Of a DNA stretch of 55,401 nucleotides, positions 25,942 through 35,054 are shown in pieces (positions within the stretch are counted from its first letter, which is position 1; every line of letters begins with the position of its first letter). The position numbers and the translations under genes are program-made. Where the stretch lies: IMG/VR virus record IMGVR_UViG_3300009503_000039, positions 1-55,401 of that record; one strand, written 5' to 3'. This DNA is from a virus. Lineage: Duplodnaviria; Caudoviricetes. The notes under the pieces are model-generated. The model was not told the DNA's origin and ran no database searches. It was given only the letters and a program-made list of their open reading frames with translations.

Positions 25942-26122
25942 AGTTAGAAAACTTGATGTTTAATCAAGTAAAGTAATACTATATGTTAATAGTTAAAAAT
26001 CTAAGAAAGATGTATAGTTCTTAGAGAACAGTTAAAGTATAAGTAAAAGGAAAGCTTAGTAGCTTTCAGATGTAGAAAGTAAGATTTTACTATTAAACAT
26101 AGACTTAAATAGGGAGTAGAAA

Positions 26123-26566
26123 ATGGCTCTCAAAGTTGTTAAGGAAGTTAATAGGTTACAAGGCTTGAAAGTTGCTCCTGGATTGACAATTTGTGCAGGT
26201 CAAGTTGCTAAACTGTTATCTACCGATACTGCTGGGGAAACCGCAACAGTAGGTAACACAGGTCCATATATAGGGCTATTTATGGACACTAATATCTCAA
26301 CAGGACTTGGACTGAATCAGCGTGATGAAACATCAGGTTCTGGTCTGGTTTCTGTTATGACAAATGGTGGTTATGTTTTAGTCTGGAATGATGGACGCGG
26401 TTCTCCTTATGTTACTACAGATACGTATACAATCGGCGCTGCATTGTATAGTGACGAAAACGGTAGAATAACTACATCAGGTTCAGGTACTACCAACTTG
26501 GTTGGATATTGCACAAAAGTCCCAGCAAGTGCAACAGATAGTCTTGGAATTAAACTCGTAGTTTAG
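26123..26566 (+). CDS. Capsid decoration/cement protein
   Basis: 147 aa, G/T-rich; DETSGSGLVSV, Y.IGAALYSDENGRIT; immediately upstream of the major capsid gene. Confidence 0.75.
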   Translation: MALKVVKEVNRLQGLKVAPGLTICAGQVAKLLSTDTAGETATVGNTGPYIGLFMDTNISTGLGLNQRDETSGSGLVSVMTNGGYVLVWNDGRGSPYVTTDTYTIGAALYSDENGRITTSGSGTTNLVGYCTKVPASATDSLGIKLVV

Positions 26567-26638
26567 CGAGAAAATAGTAATTAGTAATAAAAAGATCTAA
26601 AATATGATCGAAAAATAATTGTTCTTTGAAAGAAAAAC

Positions 26639-28443
26639 ATGGAGACTCAAATTGATCCTAGAGTACTAGATCAAAAGCTCGAAGCTTTAATGAGTACTCC
26701 AGGTGGATGGAACAAGATCGCTCAGCAGATAAATTGAAAAATTGTGTCTGAGATTATGGTGACATAATCATGGAATGTGACTATATCAGTCAAAGTCCTA
26801 CGAGATAGCATCAAGAGGATCAGACTGAGGAAAGATTAGAAACTAATTATAGTTTCAGTATCCCCAGAGACTATACGTCACACATCTCGGTAATGAGATG
26901 AAGATATAGTCCGGTCTGCATAGTAATATGCAGAGTTAAGCAGAAATGACTTAACTTCTAGAAATTTTTAAAAATTTCTAGAATAACAAAAACGGCAATC
27001 TCCCATCAAATATGACTTGCTTTATGAAGGGAGAGCTCGTCAGATTTTCAGAGTTCACACCCTTGCACAGGGAGAACCTGCAATCTTTGATCGAGATATT
27101 CGTGTTCCATCATATAAGCTTTCCAAAAGAGGTCTGCCTCCAGAACTTTATATCGAATCTGACAGGATAGAGGTAAATACATTCGAAATTGCAACTGTTC
27201 CTAAGATTCGTTATGAGGAACTGGTTTACAGGCGATTTGACGTATTGAACAGGGCTTTAGCATAGCTTGGGCCCTCTCGTCAGCAATGACGATGTACAAA
27301 ACTTTACTATATGCAAAGACGTCCTTATTTTAATAAGGATAATTTGCAGGAAAGATTATTTTATGAAGATACAATGTAAAGAAGAAGAAAATTGGTTAAT
27401 ATCAGAATATAAGAAAGTCGGTTATGATTACTTAATTATTTAGGTAAGAGGTATAAAGCATAGTAAAAGATAAGATTTTAAACTTCATAAAATAAAATCC
27501 TCAGAGACTATACGTAAAGCTCCTATATTGTTATATAGGATGAAGACATAGTCCGAACTATAGGTATATATAAAGCTATAGAGTTAAGCAGAAATGACTT
27601 AACTATTTATAATATAACTTATTATAAATATAACACTATCGCAAGAACGTGCTAAATCTCAGATAATGGAGATTGAAGATACTGAGATGCTTAGGATTCT
27701 TGATGTCGCTTCAACTGCGGTAAATAGTGCAGTTGTAGAATCAAGTTCTGATGGAAAGCTTACACTTGACTCATTAGGTCTAGCTTTTGCAGCAATTGAA
27801 TCTAGACGTTTGGTTCCAGTTACAATACTTATGCATCCTTTTCATTTGAGAGATCTTAGAACATTTAACATTCAGTCAACTGGGTCTAAAGTGTTCGATG
27901 AGATCACTCTCTATGAAGTATTGAAAACTGGAAAAGTAGGAACAATTTGGAATGCTCAGGTTTTGACCAGTCCACTAGTTAATCCTGCAAAGATATATGT
28001 CTTAAATTAAAACGCTAGGACATGTAAAATCTGACTATATCGGTGGAACTCCTACGAGATAACATCAAGAGGACAATACCGAGGAAAGATTAGAAACTAA
28101 TTATAGTTTCAATATCCGTAGAGACTATACGTCAGACATCTCAGTAATGAGATGAAGATATAGTCCGATCTGCATAGTAATATGCAGAGTTAGACAGAAA
28201 TGGTCTAACACGTCTTTAAAATAGACGATTAACAAAAATGGTGCTGCTCCTGAATTTGTGGGAGTTATGCCTATAAGGATAGACGTAACAGTGAAACCAT
28301 TCGACAATGTCGAGAAACTTTATGTTACTTTCAGCTGCTTTGAGAATGTTGGATTTTGCGTAGTTTTTTCTCATGGCATTGTTCAGATTGCTTTCACAGG
28401 TACTCCTTCTGGTGGATGGCCTAGCTACGGTCCAACTGGTTAA
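26639..28443 (+). CDS. Major capsid protein, join(26639..26730,26995..27256,27642..28002,28241..28443), 305 aa
   Basis: Exons of 92+262+361+203 nt total 918 nt, in frame; junctions KIAQQ-M-QSPIKYDL, VLNRA-QERAKSQI, KIYV-C-AAPEFVGVMP; position after protease and decoration genes. Confidence 0.9.
26731..26994 (+). ncRNA. Group I intron 1 (264 nt)
   Basis: Exon ends in U, intron in G; P1 CAGAU/GUCUG; P10 AUUGU/GCAAU; CAGAGACTA and GAAGATATAGTCC core; P3 GTGAC/GTCAC. Confidence 0.92.
27257..27641 (+). ncRNA. Group I intron 2 (385 nt)
   Basis: P1 AGGGCU/GGCCCU; P10 CUUG/CAAG; CAGAGACTA and GAAGACATAGTCC; P3 CTTTAC/GTAAAG; terminal G. Confidence 0.92.
28003..28240 (+). ncRNA. Group I intron 3 (238 nt)
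   Basis: P1 AUAUGUCU/GGACAUGU; TAGAGACTA and GAAGATATAGTCC; P3 CTGAC/GTCAG; ends AACAAAAATG, like intron 1 (AACAAAAACG). Shifting both sites by 1 nt also keeps the frame. Confidence 0.9.
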
Positions 28444-28593
28444 ATTCAGCATTCTGATTGTTTCATTGGTTTAAAAGCTAGAACATAAGAGGGAGAGTGG
28501 CCAGAGGACACTCTCCCAATACGTGTAATCCAACGTTAAGGTTAATGCAGATAAGAAGAATGTCTGCAAGTAAACCTTAAATCGGAGGTTTAA

Positions 28594-29379
28594 ATGAAGA
28601 AATATTTTTCAAATGTTCAGGGAGTTTTGACGATTGCGGATTTGATATTTACAGATCCAGTTACCAGAGAGCAAAGAATATTATTATTAAAACCTGGAGA
28701 ATCTATTCCAAATACTGTTCCGACTGAGGAAATAGAACGTTCAGCAAAAAGCGGAGTTTTAAAAGTTTTATTAGAAAAAGGAATGATAGTAGAAAAAGAA
28801 GTTCAAGAAACACCTACTATTCAATCTAAAGAAGAAACTCCAGAGGCAATAATTTCTTCAGGCGGAACTTTAACAGCAACAGAAATTCCAAAACAAGAAA
28901 AAGTGGTATTGCAAGGTGAAAAAGTTATAGAAGGATCAGATGTTCAAATTAAATATGGGTATTTAAGCCCTTCTTCTAAAGAGGGAAAGAAAATTGCAGA
29001 AAAAATAGAAGAGATAGAAAAACAGAGAATTAAAAGTGAACCTGAAGTTGAAACAGAAGAAAATGAAGCTTCTGAAGCTGAACCTACGGCAGAAGCAACA
29101 GGATATTTAACTCCTGATAGTGAAAGAAAGAAGTCAAAAGAAGATGAATTTGATTCTATATTAGGTTTAAAGAGTGAAAAAAAAGAATCTAAAGTAAAGG
29201 AAGAAAAAACAATATCGCTCGAGGAATTTAGAACATTGAAGTTATTTCCTCAATATAGCGTAATAGCTCATTGTAATAATGTAGACTTTTTGAAACAGAT
29301 AGCGGATGATGAAAGTTTACGAGAAGAAATTCGAAAAAGAGCAAGAAATAGAATAAAGAGAATTAGTAATGTCGAATAA
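28594..29379 (+). CDS. Acidic hypothetical protein downstream of the capsid gene
   Basis: GGAGG RBS; C-terminal ~50 aa paralogous to ORF 30668. Confidence 0.75.
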   Translation: MKKYFSNVQGVLTIADLIFTDPVTREQRILLLKPGESIPNTVPTEEIERSAKSGVLKVLLEKGMIVEKEVQETPTIQSKEETPEAIISSGGTLTATEIPKQEKVVLQGEKVIEGSDVQIKYGYLSPSSKEGKKIAEKIEEIEKQRIKSEPEVETEENEASEAEPTAEATGYLTPDSERKKSKEDEFDSILGLKSEKKESKVKEEKTISLEEFRTLKLFPQYSVIAHCNNVDFLKQIADDESLREEIRKRARNRIKRISNVE

Positions 29380-29501
29380 GCTTAGGAGATTTAAAAATCT
29401 CTTTTAAAGTTTGAGGACTGAAAGTAGTTCTCAAACTGGAATTATATTTTATTAGATATAAAATTGATAGTATAACGATAAATACATAAAAAGGGGTAAA
29501 T

Positions 29502-29984
29502 ATGCTTGATGATTTATTTAGTTTTAAAGCATTATTTAATACTACAGCAACGGATATTTCTACTTTAGAAAGACTATCGCCAGCAAATGGATTCTGCTTA
29601 AAAAGTTGTATTGCTGGGATGATAGGAATGCTTACATTTATGTTTGGGAAAATTGATGTGGTTTTTAAGGCATTAGTGATTTTTATAGTTCTTGATTATA
29701 TATTTGGTTTGTCTGTAGCTATAATTAAAAGAGAAGTTAGTTCAGATATTGGAAGAAGAGGAATTATAAGAAAAGCGTGCTTTTTATTAACTGTTATGGT
29801 AGGTGTATGGTTAGATAAGTTTTTAAATTCGGGAGAGATTTGTAAAAGAAGTATTATTACAGTTCTTGTTCTAAATGAAGTTAGTTCGATTCTCGAGAAG
29901 CTTGAATTTTTAGGTGTGAGAATACCTTTGATTCGAAACTTATTAAAAGTTACAAAAAGCAATAAGAAATGTCATTTAAAGTAA
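29502..29984 (+). CDS. Holin (toxin-secretion/phage lysis holin type)
   Basis: LDYIFG...SSDIGRRGIIRK...LD...NEVSSILEKL..LGVRIP. Confidence 0.85.
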   Translation: MLDDLFSFKALFNTTATDISTLERLSPANGFCLKSCIAGMIGMLTFMFGKIDVVFKALVIFIVLDYIFGLSVAIIKREVSSDIGRRGIIRKACFLLTVMVGVWLDKFLNSGEICKRSIITVLVLNEVSSILEKLEFLGVRIPLIRNLLKVTKSNKKCHLK

Positions 29985-30064
29985 TATCAGTTTATTTGTA
30001 ATATCATATTTAGTAACTTCAATTACAACAGTCCAATCATTATAAAATATATTAGGAAATAAAA

Positions 30065-30652
30065 ATGATGAGAGATCTAAATGTAGTAATTCCGAAAGAT
30101 AAAAATCTTCAACCTATAAGTATTATAGCTGGAGTTTGTCAATCTAATGTTAAAGAAGTATTAGATGAAATAATTCCAATCAATGTTACAAATAATGGTA
30201 AAGTTAGTACTTATGATTCTCACACAGAAGATATAGATAATAGACTTATTAAAGGAACGGCTATTGTTCAAGCTAATAATTATATTTGGAATGTTAATAG
30301 TTTAGCATGGGAAAAAGCAACTGGTTCTTTAACAGAAGGACAAAATGTAACAGTCAATAATTTCCCATCTAGTTATAATATTAGAGATTTTTATACAAGC
30401 GGTGAATATTTAAATGATCAAAATGGAACTGGAGGAGTTTTAACTTTTAATTTTTCTACAATAATGGATAAAGTAGTAATATTAAGTGCTGGAGGTAATG
30501 CCAGAGTAGATCCTTTTGGAGGAACTCCATCACAAACATCCGGTATTCCTTGTCCTGATGGAAGAATTTTAGAATTACCTGTTAGAACAAGTTCTGTTAA
30601 AGTTTATAGTCCACTTTTAACAACAATAAGTGTATGGGGATATAAATATTAA
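30065..30652 (+). CDS. Putative virion structural protein
   Basis: T/G/N-rich, beta-type composition. Confidence 0.6.
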   Translation: MMRDLNVVIPKDKNLQPISIIAGVCQSNVKEVLDEIIPINVTNNGKVSTYDSHTEDIDNRLIKGTAIVQANNYIWNVNSLAWEKATGSLTEGQNVTVNNFPSSYNIRDFYTSGEYLNDQNGTGGVLTFNFSTIMDKVVILSAGGNARVDPFGGTPSQTSGIPCPDGRILELPVRTSSVKVYSPLLTTISVWGYKY

Positions 30653-30667
30653 AGACGGAGGTAGGAT

Positions 30668-31177
30668 ATGGCAGAAAAATTTGTAATTAAGCGGAACTGG
30701 GATGATGTAATTATAAGAGTGGCAATTGATGACAAAGAAGTAAGAATAGAAACATCAATTGACGCTTTTCAGCGAAAATTAGAAGATTATTTAATAGAAT
30801 CTTTGCCAAGATTGACTTGGCATTTTAGAAGATCAGCAATAAATGAGAAAATAAGAAAGTCTTTTAAAGATGCTTTTTTTAAAATTACTAGAGAAATGAA
30901 AGAAGAGACTATTAAAGTGGTAGAACAACCAATAGTATCTAAACCTGTAGTTGAAAAAACACCAAAAATTGAAGAAGAGGTTATAGGTTTACAGAACGAT
31001 AAAATAAATGATTTTAAAAAATTACCTTTATTTACTCAATATAGTATTATAGCTCATTCTGAAGATATAAGTTTTTTACAATTAATTATAGATGATATAA
31101 CTTTTAATTCAGATTTAAAGAAAAGAGCTCAAAATAGGATTATAAGAATAAAAAATGGCAAATACAACTATTCGTAG
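30668..31177 (+). CDS. Hypothetical protein
   Basis: GGAGG RBS; shares C-terminal domain with ORF 28594. Confidence 0.7.
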   Translation: MAEKFVIKRNWDDVIIRVAIDDKEVRIETSIDAFQRKLEDYLIESLPRLTWHFRRSAINEKIRKSFKDAFFKITREMKEETIKVVEQPIVSKPVVEKTPKIEEEVIGLQNDKINDFKKLPLFTQYSIIAHSEDISFLQLIIDDITFNSDLKKRAQNRIIRIKNGKYNYS

Positions 31178-32201
31178 TGAGCAAATTCGTGATGGAACAA
31201 TTACAGATGCTGATATTAGTTTAACAGCAGGAATATCTGAAACTAAATTAGCTCTCGATTATCATACTGCCGGGTTATCGCAAACACTCTGGACAGCTAT
31301 TCGTAATGTACAGAGTGCAGCTGATCACTCTCTTTTACAGAATCTTGATTATGCCGTTGCTGGCCATACAGGTTTTGCTGGTACCGATGTTATTAATACA
31401 TTCACACATATTCAAGCATTTCAATCTGGTATTACAAGTACCGGATTAATATATGCAGATCAATTTCAAGGTGATGGGAGTTTATTGACTAATATTCCTC
31501 AAGGAACATTAGACCACAGCGCTTTACAAAATCTTGAGTATTCAGTCTCAGGTCATACAGGATTTGCCGGTACTGATGTAGAGAATACTTTTTCTGGAAT
31601 TCAAACATTTTCTGATGGAATTACTAGTACAAAATTATCTACGTTTACAGCTGGTATAACTTGTTCTAGTCCAATAATATTTACAGGAATTCCATCTTAT
31701 GAAGGAGAAAGACCGCAAAGAAATATAGTTTTAACAGCAGCTGGTGGGATACCTGCAACTACAAACGGCCCGGCTCAAACCAAAGTAGCGGGAACAAATT
31801 TTGAATATTATGTTTTAGATTATGATGCAACAACAAATGAAACAGCATATTGGAATTTATCTGTACCTCAAAATTATGCAGATGATAGTGATATTGCGGT
31901 AAAAATATTCTGGAAAGAATCAACATCGCAATCAAATGCTAATGTTATATGGAAATTAGGAATTCTTACAAGAGATGAAGATGACACATGGGACTCGCCA
32001 TTAAGTTATTTTTCCCTTGACGCAAGTAATACAAAAAATGATAATACAAAGGTCGCAGTTGCGACAGGGCATTTTACTTTAGGATCTGGAAAACAAAATA
32101 ATGATTTGATTATAGGAATACAGAGAGATGCAGTAAATGATACATATACAGCAGATGCAAGATTTTTGAAAGCAGTAATTTTGTATGATATTAAGAATTA
32201 A
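31155..32201 (+). CDS. Fibre/whisker-like structural protein with an internal duplication
   Basis: N-terminal QIRDGTITDADI..AGI..TKL; two copies of DHS.LQNL.Y.V.GHTGFAGTDV.NTF..IQ.F..GITST. Confidence 0.7.
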   Translation: MANTTIRSEQIRDGTITDADISLTAGISETKLALDYHTAGLSQTLWTAIRNVQSAADHSLLQNLDYAVAGHTGFAGTDVINTFTHIQAFQSGITSTGLIYADQFQGDGSLLTNIPQGTLDHSALQNLEYSVSGHTGFAGTDVENTFSGIQTFSDGITSTKLSTFTAGITCSSPIIFTGIPSYEGERPQRNIVLTAAGGIPATTNGPAQTKVAGTNFEYYVLDYDATTNETAYWNLSVPQNYADDSDIAVKIFWKESTSQSNANVIWKLGILTRDEDDTWDSPLSYFSLDASNTKNDNTKVAVATGHFTLGSGKQNNDLIIGIQRDAVNDTYTADARFLKAVILYDIKN

Positions 32202-32217
32202 AAATTAGGAGGAATAA

Positions 32218-32460
32218 ATGACAATTTTAGATAGTCAAGTAATAGAAATACAAAAAAAGAAAATTGAGATAGAGATGCTTCAAAACAAAATTGAGGAATT
32301 AAAAAGTTCTCAAGAAGCAGAGTTGGTAAATTTAGATAAAGAATATAATCTAAAGAAACAAGAATTAATAGATGCTCAAAAAATTGCATTGTCAGATTTG
32401 CAAGAGCAACTTAAAGTATTGCAGTCAGAACTAAAGACATTAATGGATAGTATAAAGTAA
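32218..32460 (+). CDS. Coiled-coil protein
   Basis: AGGAGG RBS; heptad pattern. Confidence 0.7.
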   Translation: MTILDSQVIEIQKKKIEIEMLQNKIEELKSSQEAELVNLDKEYNLKKQELIDAQKIALSDLQEQLKVLQSELKTLMDSIK

Positions 32461-32470
32461 GGAATGATTT

Positions 32471-33238
32471 ATGGCAGTATATTATAATCCAACAGAAATT
32501 TGTCAACCAAATCATATTATAGCAATGTGGTATCTTGATGAAGAGTCTGGTAACAGTGTTAGTGATGCTACAGGACATGGACATAATGGAACAGCATCAT
32601 GGTATGATGGTAGTTCAGGAACATATTCTTGGGTATCTGCAAAACTTAATAATGGATGGTATGCTAATACCAATTATTTTAACATGATAGAGATACCAGC
32701 ATCAGCTGAATTAGCTCCAAGTTCTTTTACAGTTTCGGCATGGCTTAAGCCGGTTTTTTTTGGTCCAAATGCCGGGATGATTTATTCTAATTATATAAGT
32801 GGATCTGCTTACAATGTCGCATTTATGTTAGATACATGGACCAGTCCATATAATAAATTAGCATTATGTAGTTGGTATGGTGGTTCTCATGAAGTAACAT
32901 CTTCTGACAGTCTTACCGCTAATGTATGGAATCATGTAGTTGTAACTTATAATGCAGAAACAGCAAAGGTAACTTTTTACATAAATGGAACTTCAGATTC
33001 TGGTGGTCCTCAAACTCTTGAAAATGTCTATCTTAAAGACTATGCCAATAATTATATAGGAACTCCAGCTGGAAATGTTGCAGGAACAGTTGCTGGTACT
33101 TTTGACGAAGTATTTTTTTGGAATGTAGTTTTAACCAGTAGCGAAGTTTTGGATTTATATTCGAATAATAATCCACAAAGAGAATCACCATATGTTCCAA
33201 GACAGTCCGGAGCTTGCGGTCATCCTTTGATTTTTTAA
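32471..33238 (+). CDS. LamG/concanavalin A-like domain protein
   Basis: WYLDE.SG..V.D.TG.G.NGT, FTVSAW, WNHVVVTY, FYING, GTFDEV.FWN.VL. Confidence 0.85.
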   Translation: MAVYYNPTEICQPNHIIAMWYLDEESGNSVSDATGHGHNGTASWYDGSSGTYSWVSAKLNNGWYANTNYFNMIEIPASAELAPSSFTVSAWLKPVFFGPNAGMIYSNYISGSAYNVAFMLDTWTSPYNKLALCSWYGGSHEVTSSDSLTANVWNHVVVTYNAETAKVTFYINGTSDSGGPQTLENVYLKDYANNYIGTPAGNVAGTVAGTFDEVFFWNVVLTSSEVLDLYSNNNPQRESPYVPRQSGACGHPLIF

Positions 33239-33307
33239 AGAATTTTTAAGTAAATAGAACTATAGAAATAGTAAAAATTTTTTACAACTGATCAGTCGGA
33301 GGGATAT

Positions 33308-33379
33308 ATGCTTAAAGCGATAATATTATTAGCTATAGTTATTTTAGTAATATTTATTACAAAACGGTTTACAAAATAA
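33308..33379 (+). CDS. 23-aa single-TM micropeptide
   Basis: GGAGGG RBS; MLKAIILLAIVILVIFITKRFTK. Confidence 0.5.
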   Translation: MLKAIILLAIVILVIFITKRFTK

Positions 33380-33382
33380 AAT

Positions 33383-33478
33383 ATGAAAAATTCAGATCCA
33401 TTATTTAGACCAATTGATTTGATTGTAATTTTTGTATTACTTGTAATGGCAATTATATTGACTATTTTAGGGGGTTAA
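33383..33478 (+). CDS. 31-aa single-TM micropeptide
   Basis: 3 nt after the previous stop and 1 nt before the next start; MKNSDPLFRPIDLIVIFVLLVMAIILTILGG. Confidence 0.5.
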   Translation: MKNSDPLFRPIDLIVIFVLLVMAIILTILGG

Positions 33479-33479
33479 A

Positions 33480-33752
33480 ATGAAGAATATTTTAAAAAGA
33501 ATTTTATGTAGTATTTTAACAGCACCAATATATATTTTATACTATATTCTTTGTGTTATATACATGGTAGGAGAGTGTAAGTACACTGTTGAAGATTGGA
33601 TTTATAATATACAAAATGAAATTATATATCGTGATATAATAGATGAAATGTTGGATGAAGAAGATAACTTAGAAGAGAAATCAAATATCGAAGAACAAGA
33701 TTATAAAATAGTAAAAAAGAAATTACAGAAAAAATCAAACAAAAAAAGGTAA
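33480..33752 (+). CDS. Small protein with N-terminal TM helix
   Basis: Hydrophobic N-terminus, charged tail. Confidence 0.6.
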   Translation: MKNILKRILCSILTAPIYILYYILCVIYMVGECKYTVEDWIYNIQNEIIYRDIIDEMLDEEDNLEEKSNIEEQDYKIVKKKLQKKSNKKR

Positions 33753-33758
33753 AAAGCA

Positions 33759-34052
33759 ATGATAGAATGTAAAATTTGTAAATTAATTAAAAGTAATGTT
33801 TATAAATATGTTGACAACAATGATATTGTGATTTCTGATTGTCCTGATTGCCAATGTTTAATAGGAATGAAAAAAGTGCATTCTAACTATCCTACGAAAG
33901 AAGAAATTCAAGATATTATTAATTTAGGTTCTAAAATTGCTTTAACAAAATACGGAAAAAATAAGTGGTATTTAGATATGAGAAAATCGGAAGCTCCTGA
34001 TCACTATCATTGTCATTTTCGAAAGATTGAAGAAAATAATGGAGGTATATAA
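33759..34052 (+). CDS. HIT-like Zn-binding protein
   Basis: N-terminal CKIC, CPDC, C-terminal HYHCHF triad. Confidence 0.55.
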   Translation: MIECKICKLIKSNVYKYVDNNDIVISDCPDCQCLIGMKKVHSNYPTKEEIQDIINLGSKIALTKYGKNKWYLDMRKSEAPDHYHCHFRKIEENNGGI

Positions 34053-34055
34053 ATT

Positions 34056-34748
34056 ATGATGATTCAAAATGAAACTCCAACTGGAAATATTGATAATGAA
34101 AATAAAATATTTCAAACAGAATATCAGTATTCCCCACTTAGTTTATCTGTATATTTAAATGGAATTAGACAACAAAGAGATACAGACTTTGCAGAAACTA
34201 ATCCGTCTAATGGAATTTTTACTTTTGCTATAGCACCTCAAGTAGGAGATAAATTAGTTGTAGATTACTGGACAACAGCAAGTACTTGGTCTTCTAATAG
34301 AATTGTTCAATTAGTCACAAATCTAAAAAATTTATTACCCTCAAGAATGAGTAATAAAATATCTGATGATCAGGCAGAATTAATGTTATATATAACTTTA
34401 CAAGATATTAATAATATTCCTCAAGTTACTAGTTATACTTTAGATACAGCTCCTGCAAATTGGGATAGTGCTTTATTAGTTGGCGGTCAAATGTGGGGAA
34501 TGATGTTTGTAGCAGCGGGCAGGGCAATGGAGGAATTTAATTATAGTGGAGTTGTAACGTTGAATATAGATCATTTTAGTAAAATAAATCTGCTTGTAAA
34601 TAAATTATGGGAGATTTATGGAATAGTAACTAAAAATGTTAAAAAAGGATTATTTCCAAGACCTGTTGGGTTAGGAACTCCTCAATTTTCGAGTTTGCTT
34701 GTTCGTCCTTTCAGCGTTCTTTATCCTAGCAGGTTTGCTTCAACTTAG
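34056..34748 (+). CDS. Putative head-tail adaptor with N-terminal Ig-like module
   Basis: NETPTG.ID..N..F, VYLNGIRQ, AP..GDKL.VDY, then a helical adaptor-like half. Confidence 0.6.
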   Translation: MMIQNETPTGNIDNENKIFQTEYQYSPLSLSVYLNGIRQQRDTDFAETNPSNGIFTFAIAPQVGDKLVVDYWTTASTWSSNRIVQLVTNLKNLLPSRMSNKISDDQAELMLYITLQDINNIPQVTSYTLDTAPANWDSALLVGGQMWGMMFVAAGRAMEEFNYSGVVTLNIDHFSKINLLVNKLWEIYGIVTKNVKKGLFPRPVGLGTPQFSSLLVRPFSVLYPSRFAST

Positions 34749-34807
34749 TATGTTTGATGTATAACAGTAACTCGTTCTAGAAGAATTAAATAGGAGGTAA
34801 AAAAATA

Positions 34808-35041
34808 ATGGAATTAGAAAAAAATCTTATTGGTAAGGTTAAGTTTTTTCATACTAAAAAAGGATGGGGTTTTATTAGAACAGAAGATGGAAAAGATTAT
34901 TTTGTTCATTATTCGCAAATAAAAGCGGATGGTTTTAAAAATCTTAATCGAGACGATGAGGTAGAGTTTGATATTATAGAAGGAGATAAGGGAATAATGG
35001 CTGGAAATGTAAAAGTTATAAAAGAAGCTGTAGTACAGTAA
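34808..35041 (+). CDS. csp: Cold-shock domain protein
   Basis: GKVKFF...KGWGFI (RNP1), YFVHYSQI (RNP2), GFKNL, VEFDI..G.KG..A.NV. Confidence 0.95.
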   Translation: MELEKNLIGKVKFFHTKKGWGFIRTEDGKDYFVHYSQIKADGFKNLNRDDEVEFDIIEGDKGIMAGNVKVIKEAVVQ

Positions 35042-35054
35042 GGAGATATCTATT

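Noticed and set aside
27017-28443. ORFs 27017..27265, 27666..28010 and 28258..28443 as separate genes or a pseudogene
   Set aside because: They are exons 2-4 of the capsid gene; the intervening sequences have complete group I intron hallmarks
29380-30064. Complete lysis cassette around the holin
   Set aside because: No endolysin catalytic motif recognised in neighbouring ORFs
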